From: Basidiobolus meristosporus CBS 931.73
Taxonomy: Eukaryota; Fungi; Basidiobolomycota
NCBI GenBank assembly: GCA_002104905.1
Contig: MCFE01000251.1
Coordinates: 1-64,000 of the forward strand
Reading direction: 5' to 3'
Length of the DNA stretch: 64,000 nt
Part shown: positions 1 to 11,029 of the stretch, in pieces
Position numbering within the stretch: position 1 is the stretch's first letter
Layout: every line of letters begins with the position of its first letter
Notes under the pieces: model-generated
Told to the model about the DNA's origin: nothing
Seen by the model: the letters and a program-made list of their open reading frames with translations, nothing else
The model's database searches: none
Program-made: the position numbers and the translations under genes

Positions 1-243
1 TTAAAAGACACCAGGCAGTCATGTTCACCTATAAAGCAAGTGTATCTTAGGGACACATTCAATAATACAAAGCTGTGCACAGGAGAAGAAATGAAAATCT
101 ATTTATCACAATTATCCTGTTACTTGATCAGATGGAATATGTGGGTGTACACACTACTAATAAAGATGTGGTAGTAACCCTCATGAATAGCTTGACAGAT
201 ACGTTTTAGGGCCTTCCATCAGCCAAGGAATCCAGAGATGATG
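1..243 (+). pseudogene. Degenerate copia family A gag fragment
   Basis: Colinear with the gag region at ~41850-42100 (gaagacacctaccagtcatgttca... gatgagatggaatctgtggg... aatagcttgacaga); no intact frame. Confidence 0.7.
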
Positions 244-246
244 ATT

Positions 247-307
247 CTGCTGTAAGAGTCTTGGGGATATTGGAAGTGATTGGGAGAACAAATAATTAAG
301 TGATTTT
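247..307 (-). repeat. Inverted U5-end fragment of a copia-A LTR
   Basis: tgctgtaagagtcttggggatattggaagtgattgggagaaca is the reverse complement of the LTR 3' end (ttctcccaatcacttccaatatctccaagactcttacaaca); it abuts the LTR starting at 308. Confidence 0.85.
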
Positions 308-655
308 TGTTGTAAAAATCTGTAATTCCACCTATATATTCACCTAACTTTGTCACCTAGAACATTACCTACAAATCTTTGAAAATATTAACCAAATTCC
401 GTGACAGGATTTACTTTGAATATTTTACCAAAATACCAGGTACCCAGAATATCAAAATTCTCAGAGTTGTCCAAACAGCCCCAAGCTCTGCACATATGTT
501 CTTGGGACCTTCCTTAACCTTTTCTACATGTTTGTTATGCCAAGACCAGGCAAAAGTATAAATACTACTTTTACATTCAATGAATCATTAAGTGAAAACC
601 ACTTAATCTACTTGTTCTCCCAACCGCTTCCAATATCTCCAAGACTCTTACAACA
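308..655 (+). repeat. Copia-A 5' LTR (348 bp)
   Basis: TG...CA ends; homologous to 41196-41544, 45531-45878 and 46962-47393. Confidence 0.92.
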
Positions 656-2306
656 GATTATGAGCCCCAAGCTGTCACTCTCTGCAATGTATACTACTGC
701 TATTACTGGAACTTTTCCCTCTGCTGGAAAGTCGGATGGATCTAACTACCAATTGTGGAAGGTGAAGATGAAAATGCTGCTACAAGAAAGAGGCCTTTGG
801 GGTATTGTCATGGTAGAAGAATGCACTCCTAAAAATGTGGGAGAGGAAGCCTTGAGCACCAGAAGAAAGAACAAAGTGCCTTTAACTGCATTTGCCTTAA
901 TGTTCAAGACAAATTGCTAATTCAATGCTCAAGAGCAAAAACAGCAAAGAATGCCTGGAAGGCATTTGAAGACACCTACCAGTCAAGTTCAGCTGCTAAG
1001 AAAATGTATCTGAGATTAAAATTCTTTACTACAAAGATGCTGCCAGAAGAAGAAATGAAAAATCTAATTAAGAGAATTACCCTGCTGGTAGATGAGATGG
1101 AATCTGTGGGCGTACCAACTATTGATGAGCATGTGATTTTTACCATCCTGAATAGCCTGACAGACAGGTTTCAGGGCCATGTATCAGCCCCAGAGTCCAG
1201 AACTGAAGATTTGACCTTAAATTACAAATATGGAAGGCTCCTGGAAGAAGAATTAAAAAAATCAACCGCAAATGAGAAGGAAGAAGAAAATGCTTTAATA
1301 AGCAATGATAACCAACAAAGGAGGTACCCAAGACCCTACAAAGGCAACAGCAACCTGTTTTGTAACTACTGCAAAAGGAAAGGACACACATCCAACCAGT
1401 GTCTCAAAAAGAAAGATAATCAGCAAAAGAAGTCTGAATATGGAAATGCTGCAACAACTGAAGATAGACTATTCATACCTGCACTAAATGTGACCATAAA
1501 AAAGGATTCTCAGACGTGGTATATTGACTCTGGAGCATCTCAATACTTTATACATCAAAAAGAACTTTTTACCCAATATCAAGAAATTACAATTAAGAAG
1601 GTTTTCATGGGTGACAATAGAACACTTGATGCAGTGGGAGAAGGAACTATCCAAGTAAACCTAAGAAGCAGTGAAGGAAGCCATACACTGACTTTCAAAG
1701 AAGTACTCTATGTACCAGAAATAGCAAAGAACTTACTATCTGTAAGCAAGGCCACTGCAGAAGGACTCAGTTTCAGCTTTGACAATTCTGGATGCAAGAT
1801 CACTGATCAAAATGGTGCTCATATTGCTTTGGGTATCAGATATCAGAATCTATACAAGTTGACCTATATTCCATCATATTTGGAAGCCAATATATGTAAC
1901 TTAAATGAAGAAACACCAATGCTTTGGCACAGGAGATTTGGGCACATCAATTTTGATTATTTGCGCAAAATGATCAAAGATCAGCTAATTTCTGGAGTAA
2001 AAACTGATCCCCCAGCTAGTTTGGAGCACTGTGAAGCCTGCATATATAGGAAACAAGCCAGACAACTGTTCAAGAGCTCTGGGTTGATCAAAACTAAGAA
2101 AAAATTAGATCTAATTCACTCAGATCTGTGTGGACCTATGCTAAATTTATCCTTAGGTGGGATGAAGTATTTAATCACTTTTATTGATGATTATACAAGA
2201 TACACATGGGTCTACTTCATGGAGAAAAAGGAAGAAGCTCTGTCTAAGTTCAGGGAGTTTAAAGCCATGGTGGAGAGAGAAACTGGTGAAAAAAACACAA
2301 AAATAC
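308..2306 (+). mobile_element. 3'-truncated Ty1/copia element, family A (5' LTR, PBS, gag, PR, GAG-pre-integrase, start of IN)
   Basis: LTR TGTTGTAA...TTACAACA 308-655; PBS gattatgagccc; ORFs 528-920 and 914-2314 with CNYCKRKGHTSNQC zinc knuckle, WYIDSGAS protease, LWHRRFGH and IHSDLCGP; broken off inside integrase. Confidence 0.93.
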
Positions 2307-2403
2307 TGTTGTAAGAGTCTTGGAGATATTGGAAGTGATTGGGAGGACAATATCATGCTTGGAACATGTCCAGATATCTCATATTCAGTGGGAGTTGTCA
2401 GCC

Positions 2404-2527
2404 ATGAAGATGCAGATCTGTGTTTCACACTCTGTGGCCAAGTACAGGCTCACTTGGCCTCTCTGGCACACTATGGCATCATTTGGCACTCATGGCTCAA
2501 TGTGGCACTGTCCAATGGAACAGATCT
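2404..2527. mobile_element. Terminal fragment of the foldback MITE family
   Basis: Matches the last ~125 bp of the MITE arm (catgaagatgcag...ggcactgtccaatggaacagatct). Confidence 0.85.
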
Positions 2528-2581
2528 ATTCTACTTGTCCTCCCAATCACTTCCAATATCTCCAAGACTCTTACAGCATTA

Positions 2582-5500
2582 AGGAGTAAGTCCCCTGGAT
2601 CTCACACACTTGACAGCAATATCATACATTGTGCTCAAAAAGCCAGCTATCTTGCTGATGGTAGGTTATATCTCCAATGCAGATAATAATATTTGCTTTG
2701 ATGTGATGGCCATTTACTGTTATCCTGCTGGAATGCATACAAAATTCATACAGGTATGGATACAGGTAGCTCTCAAGGTTGGATGGAGATTTAGACCCAG
2801 ATATCAGTGAGACAACCATCAGATTTCTGCTCTGATACTGTAAGATAGGCAGCAGATTCAGCTAAATGAGAGCCATGGCCAGCAGGATTTGCTGGTAGAG
2901 AACTGGTTTAATGAGAATCCATCAGGTGCCTAGCAAAGGCATGGTAATACATGTCCTTAAAGTAGCCCTTGCTACTTAGCTGTTTGTAACATTTGCCTTC
3001 AAATATATCTGATATGTTTGCACTTGATTGATTCTGAGTGTGGTACTTTATAGCTTCACATTATTTGTTGGACTGCATCAGCTTCTTTAGACAGTGTATT
3101 ACCAGAATATATCCAGAGTGTGAGCAATGTTTTCCCCCAAGGATGGTGGAATCCTAACAAGTTGGACACCTTGCAATGGTGGCATTTTCTGATGTGAATG
3201 ACATATAACTGTTAACACATGCTGGTATCAAGGCAGTCTTGGGGTTGTATGTTTCCAGCTGCATGACAGTTGACCATTTATACTATGTACATGGTAAGTT
3301 GCATCCCGGGTTGATTTTGGCAAAAAGTAGTAATAAATCATCAGAGCACCCATTATTGATATTAGTGGAAACATGCCACATCTCTAGCCACAACATTGCA
3401 TCATTCACCAATAAATGGATTACTGAGCTCACTTGATACTATGTAGTACCCTTGACATTTTTTGCACAGGTGTTGTCTAATTGCATAATTGGATTTTGCC
3501 AGGCTGATACAGAGTACTGTTTTTAGGAAAGATAGGCTCACAATACATCTGTGGGCCTGCATCTTCAGAGCTATCACTCTGTGTGGCATATTCAGAAGGC
3601 TGGGGTGCCTACAGTAGTCACAAACTTACCTGACTTAGCTTACACAAGGTAACAAGTATGGCTAGGTGCAGTTATAGATGTATCAAGTAGCCAGCAAGAT
3701 ATTGTTGGTGCAGTAGTGACTGGTAAATGGTAAAATATGGCATGTGTGGCAAAACACTGGCTGTGATCCTTGTTGTACTTCCTATGCTATCTGTATACTT
3801 AATGGCTGAGAGGCTCACTACAATAGCCACATGGCCTTTTTTCTCTTCTCATATGGTGGTGAATCAAAGTAGTCTTGTCGATGGGGAAAACTGTTTGATG
3901 CTTTATAATGTAATGCTATTATATCACTTTTTTGTAAATACACATGCAAATTTAAGACAGTCTTGCATTTGAGACATTGCTCCTAAATGAATGTAGGATT
4001 CAATGATGATCTGCTATAGTAAGCACTATAAATAAGGTTGTGGCATCACATACACATATATATGTAACACCATTTCCCTTTTGTTTGACTAACTTCCATA
4101 TATATGCCACCAAAAAATAAACTAAAGTTGTCTGGTTCCCAACCAAACCCCACTTCTGACAGCAGCAGAAGAACAACTGGACAATAGCTTGCTATGACAT
4201 TCAATGCAACAAGCAAGGCTTCAACCAAAAAGGCCCTGCGGACAGTGTGCCCACTGATGGTAGTAATGCAGACTCCTCAGGCTTTCAGTCCAGTAGGCAG
4301 TTGGCAATCTCTGTGGAGCTATAAGCTGGCCATAATGCTGAGGCAGATGAGAATGTGGTAAAAGCAGTTCCTTCCATTGAGAACCAGCAAGTGACTGTCA
4401 CAACATTACCACCACCTGTATTAGCAAGTATGTTGTCAGCTCATACTAAAGCATTAATGAAGCAATTAGGTGCAGTGGATGATAGGATAGATCCAATGGC
4501 CCAGAAAAATCAGGAAATAGTGCAGAAACAAGATGAGTGGGTAAAAGATGTAGAGCAACTGGTTTCCCAGGTAGAGAAAGCAGTGTCTTTGCTGCAAAGA
4601 AGGAACTCATATAGCTCAATGTCACAGCCAAGAATTGAGCCATTTCCCAATGTAACAGCAGAGGAATACCGTACAGTCTTTGAAGCACAACAACAGTGCC
4701 CAAAGATAAAGCCCACAGAAAAGCCTATCAAACCATGGGAGGGAGAAAATGTAGTGTTTATACCAAAGCCCAAAAATCAAACGTCATTGAAGATCTGTGA
4801 CGTTTTTGAGTGCAATAATGAAGAGTGGGCTAATATTGAAGAGGTTGTTAGAAGCCTAGTACACAAACACCTTAAGGCCAGTATACCATGAGACCATCAG
4901 GAGCCCAGGACCAAGCAGAATGCACTTGACTTACTCCATGAGCATTATCCTGGACTCAAACAAGCAAACAGATTTTGGGGCAGCATTGGTATGCTAAGAA
5001 AGTATCTCATGAATAGCAGATACTATAAAAGACAGTAGAACAAGGGTGTAATGACTAAAAACCAGCAGCTTCCTCAAGAGCCCATTGCAAGCAGGCCAAA
5101 AGCTCCAAGCAAGCATTGAAGAGACATCAGGTAGCTAGAAGAGTACCAATAAGGGAAAAGCAGACAGACATATATGCACCCACACAACAGTCACAAAGGA
5201 AAAAGCATAGGTCTATCCAAGAAACTCTCAGTCAAAGTCCCAGTGAAGGACCTGACAGTGATAAAAGCAAGCAGCTACCTCAGGAGCCCATCACAGCATG
5301 GGCTGAGTGCTTAAAACAAGCAGAAAAGAAGCATTGGGTTGCCTGCAGAGTGCCAGCAAGGGACAAGCAGGCCAAAACAGATGCATCAGAACAGCATTGA
5401 TCAAGGAGAGAATGTAGTTTACTAAAAGAAACAATCAGAAAACGTAGTAGTGAATGGTCTAGCTGTGATAAAGGAAAAGGTAAAGGGAAAAAGTCTACCT

Positions 5501-6501
5501 AGGCCAGAGACAGGGAAGTGCACAAAAAAAGCTATAGTTCTTGCCAATATATGCCGTAAGCCTGGAATAGACTGAGTCTCATCATAGCCAAGAAGAAATA
5601 CCAACAAGAAAACAGCTGTATTCACAAGAGTTGGAAGTGCAGCCAGTTGATCTAGACTGCAGTGAGGTAGATGAGTTTGCACTGAATGGCAATTTGTCTA
5701 GCACAGCTTCCATGGCCTCCATTGTTGACCAAGTATAGATTCCACTGACAGAAAGAGTACCAATGTCAAGACCTTACAAGATTATCACAATGCCTTTAGT
5801 GGAATTTTGGAACATTGATAGGCACACCAAGAGGTTGCAGCACCACTTCAAGAGCAGTCCTTAAGAAAACTCACTTGAATTTTGCTAGAATTTACTGCAA
5901 AGACTGGCAGAGGAGGTGCTTGACCTTACAGTGCTGGCTGAAGACCAGGGCATATGGGAACCAGTGAATCAGCAGTGGTATAAAGCCATAGGGTTTCTGC
6001 CAAGGTAATGGAAACAAAGAGTTACAGCAGATATACTTATTAAGTAGTAGACTTTAATGGAGTTATTTGTTGATTGTGGAGTTGGGCTTTATGTTAGTGT
6101 AGGGTGTAGGGACTTCTATAGGCCAATGCAATTGGCCATTGAGGTAAAACTGAAGTTTCAATGTAAATAAATCAATTTGTATGCATGAAAAGTAAGAGAA
6201 AAGGTTGAGTCAGGAAGTAACAAGTGTGAAAAAGAGGCAATAGCCTATAAATGCACAAAAACATAGGAGTTGATAGAGTGTCCAGGATCAGAAAGTAAGA
6301 GAATTGTGGAGAACCAATCAAAAGCCACTTTTGTACTCTTGTGATGAAAAATTTTTACCAAGTTTTTTGTGAAATTTGGTGCAATAATTTTTTGATGATC
6401 TTTGCATGGTGTCCTGATGGGATCAATACCTCTTAGTCACGGGACTTAGAATTTGTGATGGCCTTTTGACAGGATCATTGCAATGATTTTTCATAGGAGT
6501 G
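2582..6501. mobile_element. CACTA/EnSpm (CMC) DNA transposon remnant, copy 1: Tnp2 transposase on -, second ORF on +, intact right terminus
   Basis: Minus strand gives RPCGYC zinc finger (~3830) and SLISGSKSPSNLESYLYPYLYEF (Transposase_21-type 'GPK.P.D...YL.PL..EL'); plus-strand ORF 4355-4891; end ttttcataggagtg = reverse complement CACTCCTATGAAAA at 6488-6501. Confidence 0.8.
4355..5400 (+). pseudogene. CACTA-associated second ORF (unknown function), interrupted by stops
   Basis: 178-aa ORF continues past a TGA as DHQEPRTKQNALDLLHEHYPGLKQANRFWGSIGMLRKYL; homologues at 16990-17317 (+) and 37382-37615 (-). Confidence 0.6.
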
Positions 6502-6529
6502 ATAATTAGCAGAAAAGACCTGATTAAGA

Positions 6530-6815
6530 AAATGTTGCAATACTGAAGATAGACTGTTTACATCTGCACTTTTGTGGCTACAAACAAGGATTCTCAGAAG
6601 TGATGTATTGACTTGATAGTATATCAGCACTTTACACACCAAAAGAACTTTTCACCTAATATCAAGAAATTCCATTTAAGAATGCTTTCATGGTTGACAA
6701 TAGAAACTTGATGCAGTGGGAAAACAAACTATTAAAGTAAACCTTAGAAGTAATGAAGGAAGCCATACATATACCTTCAAAGAAGTACTCCATGTACCAG
6801 AAATAGCCAAGAACA
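6530..6815 (+). pseudogene. Copia-A protease-region fragment
   Basis: Homologous to ~1450-1740 (caatactgaagatagact...gtaccagaaatagccaagaac). Confidence 0.75.
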
Positions 6816-7162
6816 TGTTGCAATATTCTGAGGGGTATTGGAAGTGATGTGGAACACTAGTGGATATACATGTTATTCACCTGTAGATTGGTTTATCAAA
6901 AGTATGGTATTTATACTTTTAATAAAGTAGAGCAGAAAAACATAAAGAGTCCATTAAGGAAGGTCCAAAGAATATGTGCTCCAAGTTTGAGGGCTTTTGG
7001 ACAAGTTTGAAAAAGATCATAATCTGTGTATCTAACAGTTTGGTGAAAACATTTAAGTAAATCCTACCAAGAAATTTGGTCAGGACAGAATGCTAATCAA
7101 AGAGTAAGATATATGTGACTAAGTTAGCATAAGTATTTAGGTGAAAACTTAATAATCACACA
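6816..7162 (-). repeat. Diverged copia-A-related solo LTR
   Basis: Starts tgttgcaatattctgagggg tattggaagtgat and is colinear with the reverse complement of LTR-A (aaggaaggtccaaag, aagtaaatcc, gtgactaagttag, tatttaggtg); no TSD seen. Confidence 0.65.
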
Positions 7163-8489
7163 CTGCCACTCAACAAAATATTTATGAGTACTAAATACAT
7201 ATTGACAATGAGCAATCTGCAATAAGCATATAAGATTTAACTGTGTTGCATATTGGACTAATATAGTATCCAGCAGTATATGCTTTTGTGCTCAGCTTGA
7301 TTGAACAAGTAACTTGTAATGCAATGTGCACTTCTACTTAATTGTGTGCCCAAAAATCAGAACAACCTGATCAAAATACTAATCATAGTCTTTGATCAGT
7401 TGTATGGCCTTGAAAAATGCACTGAGTCTGATTGCCAGATTGTAATAATGATATATAGCCTCTGGACTAACCAATGCTTTTTAATTGAGCAAGACTGTCC
7501 CAATTTTGGTCCATTTAAGGCTTTGTCATTTATGGCAGATCTGGAGTTTCCTTATTTCCACACAAAAGTCTAACTCATTTAGACAACTTTAATGTATGTC
7601 CATATTAGGCTCAGGGACAGTTGCTTCCATTTTATAGACTCAATATGAGGTAAAGGAAATGAACTATATTGGGCCAAGTCAAGGTTTTGTCATTTATGCC
7701 TGATCTGGATTATCATCATTTCTTGGCACTATGGCACATACCTCATGGCTAAAGAAAAAAGGTTTTTGCACTACTCTGAGCTGGGGTCACCTGCTCCCAC
7801 TTGAACCACATCTGTTAAGTGATTGAGATCCACAAAAGATGATCTAGAGTGGTCATCTTTGTCTTCCTTAAGTTTCTTTAGACCAACTATTTCATTTAAA
7901 GTAGATTCAAAGTTCATTTGCTTCTTAATTTACCCAGTTTGGTATCAGATAGTACCATAGGTTGTTTGGAAGCTACTTTCAAAGTGCCTCTACTGATTTG
8001 GATTGAAACAGCTGCTTTTGTCATATTAGAATAAACTTGTAGAGTGGAGACTGGCACTTTTCTAGATGTGAGATTCTCCTTGAGAGGGCTTTGATTATCC
8101 TGATTCCCCTGATAGTTATTTTCAACCTTGAGTTTGCTTTGCAAGACTGACTGATCTTCTCAGTGTCTTCAAAGTCCATAAAAACCATATGGCTGAACCT
8201 TGCATCTGTTTCTTTCAGCTCCATAGACAGCAGATATCAAGACCTCTGCTTTAAGTAATCTGCTCCATTATTTACTACAAAATTGGAGAGATCCTGTGGA
8301 GCTTTCAAGGCTTTTCTGAGTTTTCTGGCTCAAGAGCTTTGTGCCAGAGGCTCCATGGAGCATACCAGCATTGCCAGATAGTCCACATATAGCCTACATA
8401 TGTTTTAGCTTCATTTGGGAAGTACCCTGATATGTGGTAATAATATTTTCCCATTTTTCTCCCTTTCTTTTTTCTGCTGATGATTTAGG

Positions 8490-9289
8490 CTTTTTGACTC
8501 CAACTTTTGGTGTTTTTTGTCAGGGATGTGATTAAAAACATCATTGCCAAATATCCTAAGGAGCTGGAGGTTTGGTCTTTTGCCTGTATATGCCTCAAAG
8601 GGTGTGGAAACATTTAATGCTGTTATTGGGCATCTATTCTTAATGCATACTGAGGTGGCAACAAATTCAGCCCAAAACTTGTAGTCCATTCCCTTATCAT
8701 GTAGCATTGATCTTTCCATCTCTATTACTGTTCTATTTACTCATTCTGCTACTCTGTTTTGCTGTGGAGTATGTGAAACAGTGGCCTGTTAAAGTATTTT
8801 AATAGATGAGCAGTATTCCCATCCATTGTCACTTTGAAGAACATTCTGCTTACACCCAGTTTGTGTTCCTGCCATGTTCCTGAAGCGCTTCAATGTCTTT
8901 AAAGCCTCATCCTTTGTCTCAAGGAAGTACCCCCATACATATCTTGTCTTGTTATCAATAAACATCATAAAGTATTGCTTGGCTCCAAAGGACAGTGTTC
9001 TCATGGGCCCACATATGTCTGAGCACACAATAGCTAATATTTTGGTAGTGTTGATGCTTCCTGAGCCCCTGAAGCATTGCCCAGCATGTTTACCATCCTT
9101 TACAGACATTCAATTTCATTAAAATTGAGTAATCTAGGCCCAAAACAAGTTGATTTTACACCATTTGGCTCATTTTCTGTTCCCCAATGTGTTCTAGCCT
9201 CCTATGCCATGTCTCCCAGTTAGTCTCATCAAATTCAGCAATGTTAACATGCTCAGGTACAACAAACCTGCATTGTAGCTTGTATAAAT
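8490..9289 (-). pseudogene. Copia family B integrase-region remnant
   Basis: ORF fragments (IVCSDICGPMRTLSFGAKQYFMMFID, WETWHRRLEH) match 28148-29797. Confidence 0.88.
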
Positions 9290-9292
9290 AGT

Positions 9293-10851
9293 AGACTTGT
9301 TCTATTGTAATGTGCCAGGGCACACAGTGCAATCTGTGGTCTCCAAGAACAATCATGCGCAATATTGTAGCTACCAGTAGGCAGGATTGCTCCTGGACAA
9401 TTTTGCACCATGTGGGACAATCTTGCACACTATGGCACAATCTGACACAATGAGGTTGGCATGGATAATTGCACCAACTTGTAGTGTTTACATCATATGC
9501 GCAATTGGATACGGCTATACAGTAGGTAAAATCTTGGTATTTGTATATGTGTCTTTAATGTAAATGGAAATATATGCATATCACACCATAGACTACACTG
9601 ATACTTACCATCTTGGTTACCATCACTCCAATTGCATGGTATCTCAGTGGTTAATTGGGTCAGAAGTATCCTGAAGCTGTCAGCCCCCAATTGGCTCTTT
9701 GACCAATATACAAGCTACCTGATTTGCCATCAAATATCCCATTTTGCCCATTGAGCAAGTAGATCCCTGATCCTAGTGATTGGACAAAGTGTCATAGCTA
9801 GCATGCAACCATATAGTTAGGTGCAAAACAGATCAAATGGCTGCACTGGTGTTACAGGTAATGTATATATATGCAGGGTGTTTATTTATAGGTGTTCTAT
9901 CTCAAATGTGAGACAAGCTTGATATTAGACTTGTTCCGTTGGATAGTGCCACATTGAGCCATGAGTGCCAAATGATGCCATAGTGTGCCAGGGAGGCCAA
10001 GTGAGCCTTTACTTGGCCACAGAGTGTGAAACATAGCTCTGCAACTTCATGCAAAGCTGCCTCTGTGTTTCACCCATTGTGTTGGAGAAAATCCATTTTT
10101 TGACCTTTTTATATGGGTCAATGTTGTGCAGGATGTGTAAGAGCACAAAAGGATTGAAGATATGCATCTGGTATTCCATACCCATGGCACTCTGAATCTA
10201 GCTCCTATGGCTTGTAACTTGTCACAAAAACTCATGGCACTATCTTGGTCCACTGGTACTATCTGGTTCTATGTTTAATTATTAGCCCTAAAGTAAGATG
10301 TATGCAAAGCACTTATAGTGCCAGATAGTACAGTGGACCAAGATAGTGCCATGCATTTTTCTAACATGTTACAAGCCACAGGAGCTAGATTCAGAGTGCC
10401 ATGGGTATTGAGTACCTGATGCATGTCTTCAGCTCTTCTGTGCTCTTCCACATCCTGCACAACATTGATCCACAAAAAAACGTCAAAAATGGGCTTTCTC
10501 TTGCATCATAGGTGAAACACAGGGGCTGCTTTGCATGAAGATGCAGAGATATGTTTTACACTCTGTGGCCAAGTATAGGTTCACTTGGCCTCTCTGGCAC
10601 ACTATGGCATCATTTGGCACTCATGGGTCAATGTGGCACTATCCAACGGAACAAGTCTATTGCTTATATTAAAAGTTTAGTGATTGCTGATTTGCAATGG
10701 CTCAATTTGAATTGCAAATACAAATGCGCTGATTGAATTATAACAAATAATAACAAATCAATGCAATTGTTTCATCCTCTCCTAGGTTTTTTTCTCACAG
10801 AGATTACCACTAAAGCATTTGGTAGTGATTCACTTTGCACACCTAAACCAC
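9293..10851. mobile_element. PHIS DNA transposon copy 2 (left end only), containing a nested MITE
   Basis: AGT|AGACTTGTTCTATTG terminus; 9293-9926 plus 10662-10845 are colinear with 17318-18133. Confidence 0.8.
9927..10658. mobile_element. Foldback MITE copy 1 (732 bp, ~340-bp TIRs, ATT TSD)
   Basis: AGACTTGTTCCGTTGGATAGTGCC...GGCACTATCCAACGGAACAAGTCT; ATT on both sides; empty site at ~17935-17965. Confidence 0.95.
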
Positions 10852-11029
10852 TGTTACAAGTCTTGGTATAAGAGTTGTAAAGGATAGGGAGTTTAGCTAG
10901 TCTTGTATTCACTAAAACTTGAACTGCTTGTTATTGAGGTTCCAGCAGCTTCTTATATACATTTTGTCAGATCAATTGCTGACTAATGTATTTCCTAATG
11001 TAGGTTGTGGCTGATGACTCATTTGATTG
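10852..11029 (-). repeat. Fragment of the gypsy-D LTR fused to copia B
   Basis: tgttacaagtcttggtataagag...gactcatttgattg matches the first ~178 bp of 18802-19169. Confidence 0.9.

Noticed and set aside
9927-10658. MITE read as Tc1/mariner with a TA TSD, or the GGCACTAT repeats read as CRISPR
   Set aside because: Copy 2 has AAC flanks and empty sites show 3-bp duplications; the repeats are inverted arms without spacers, in a eukaryote.
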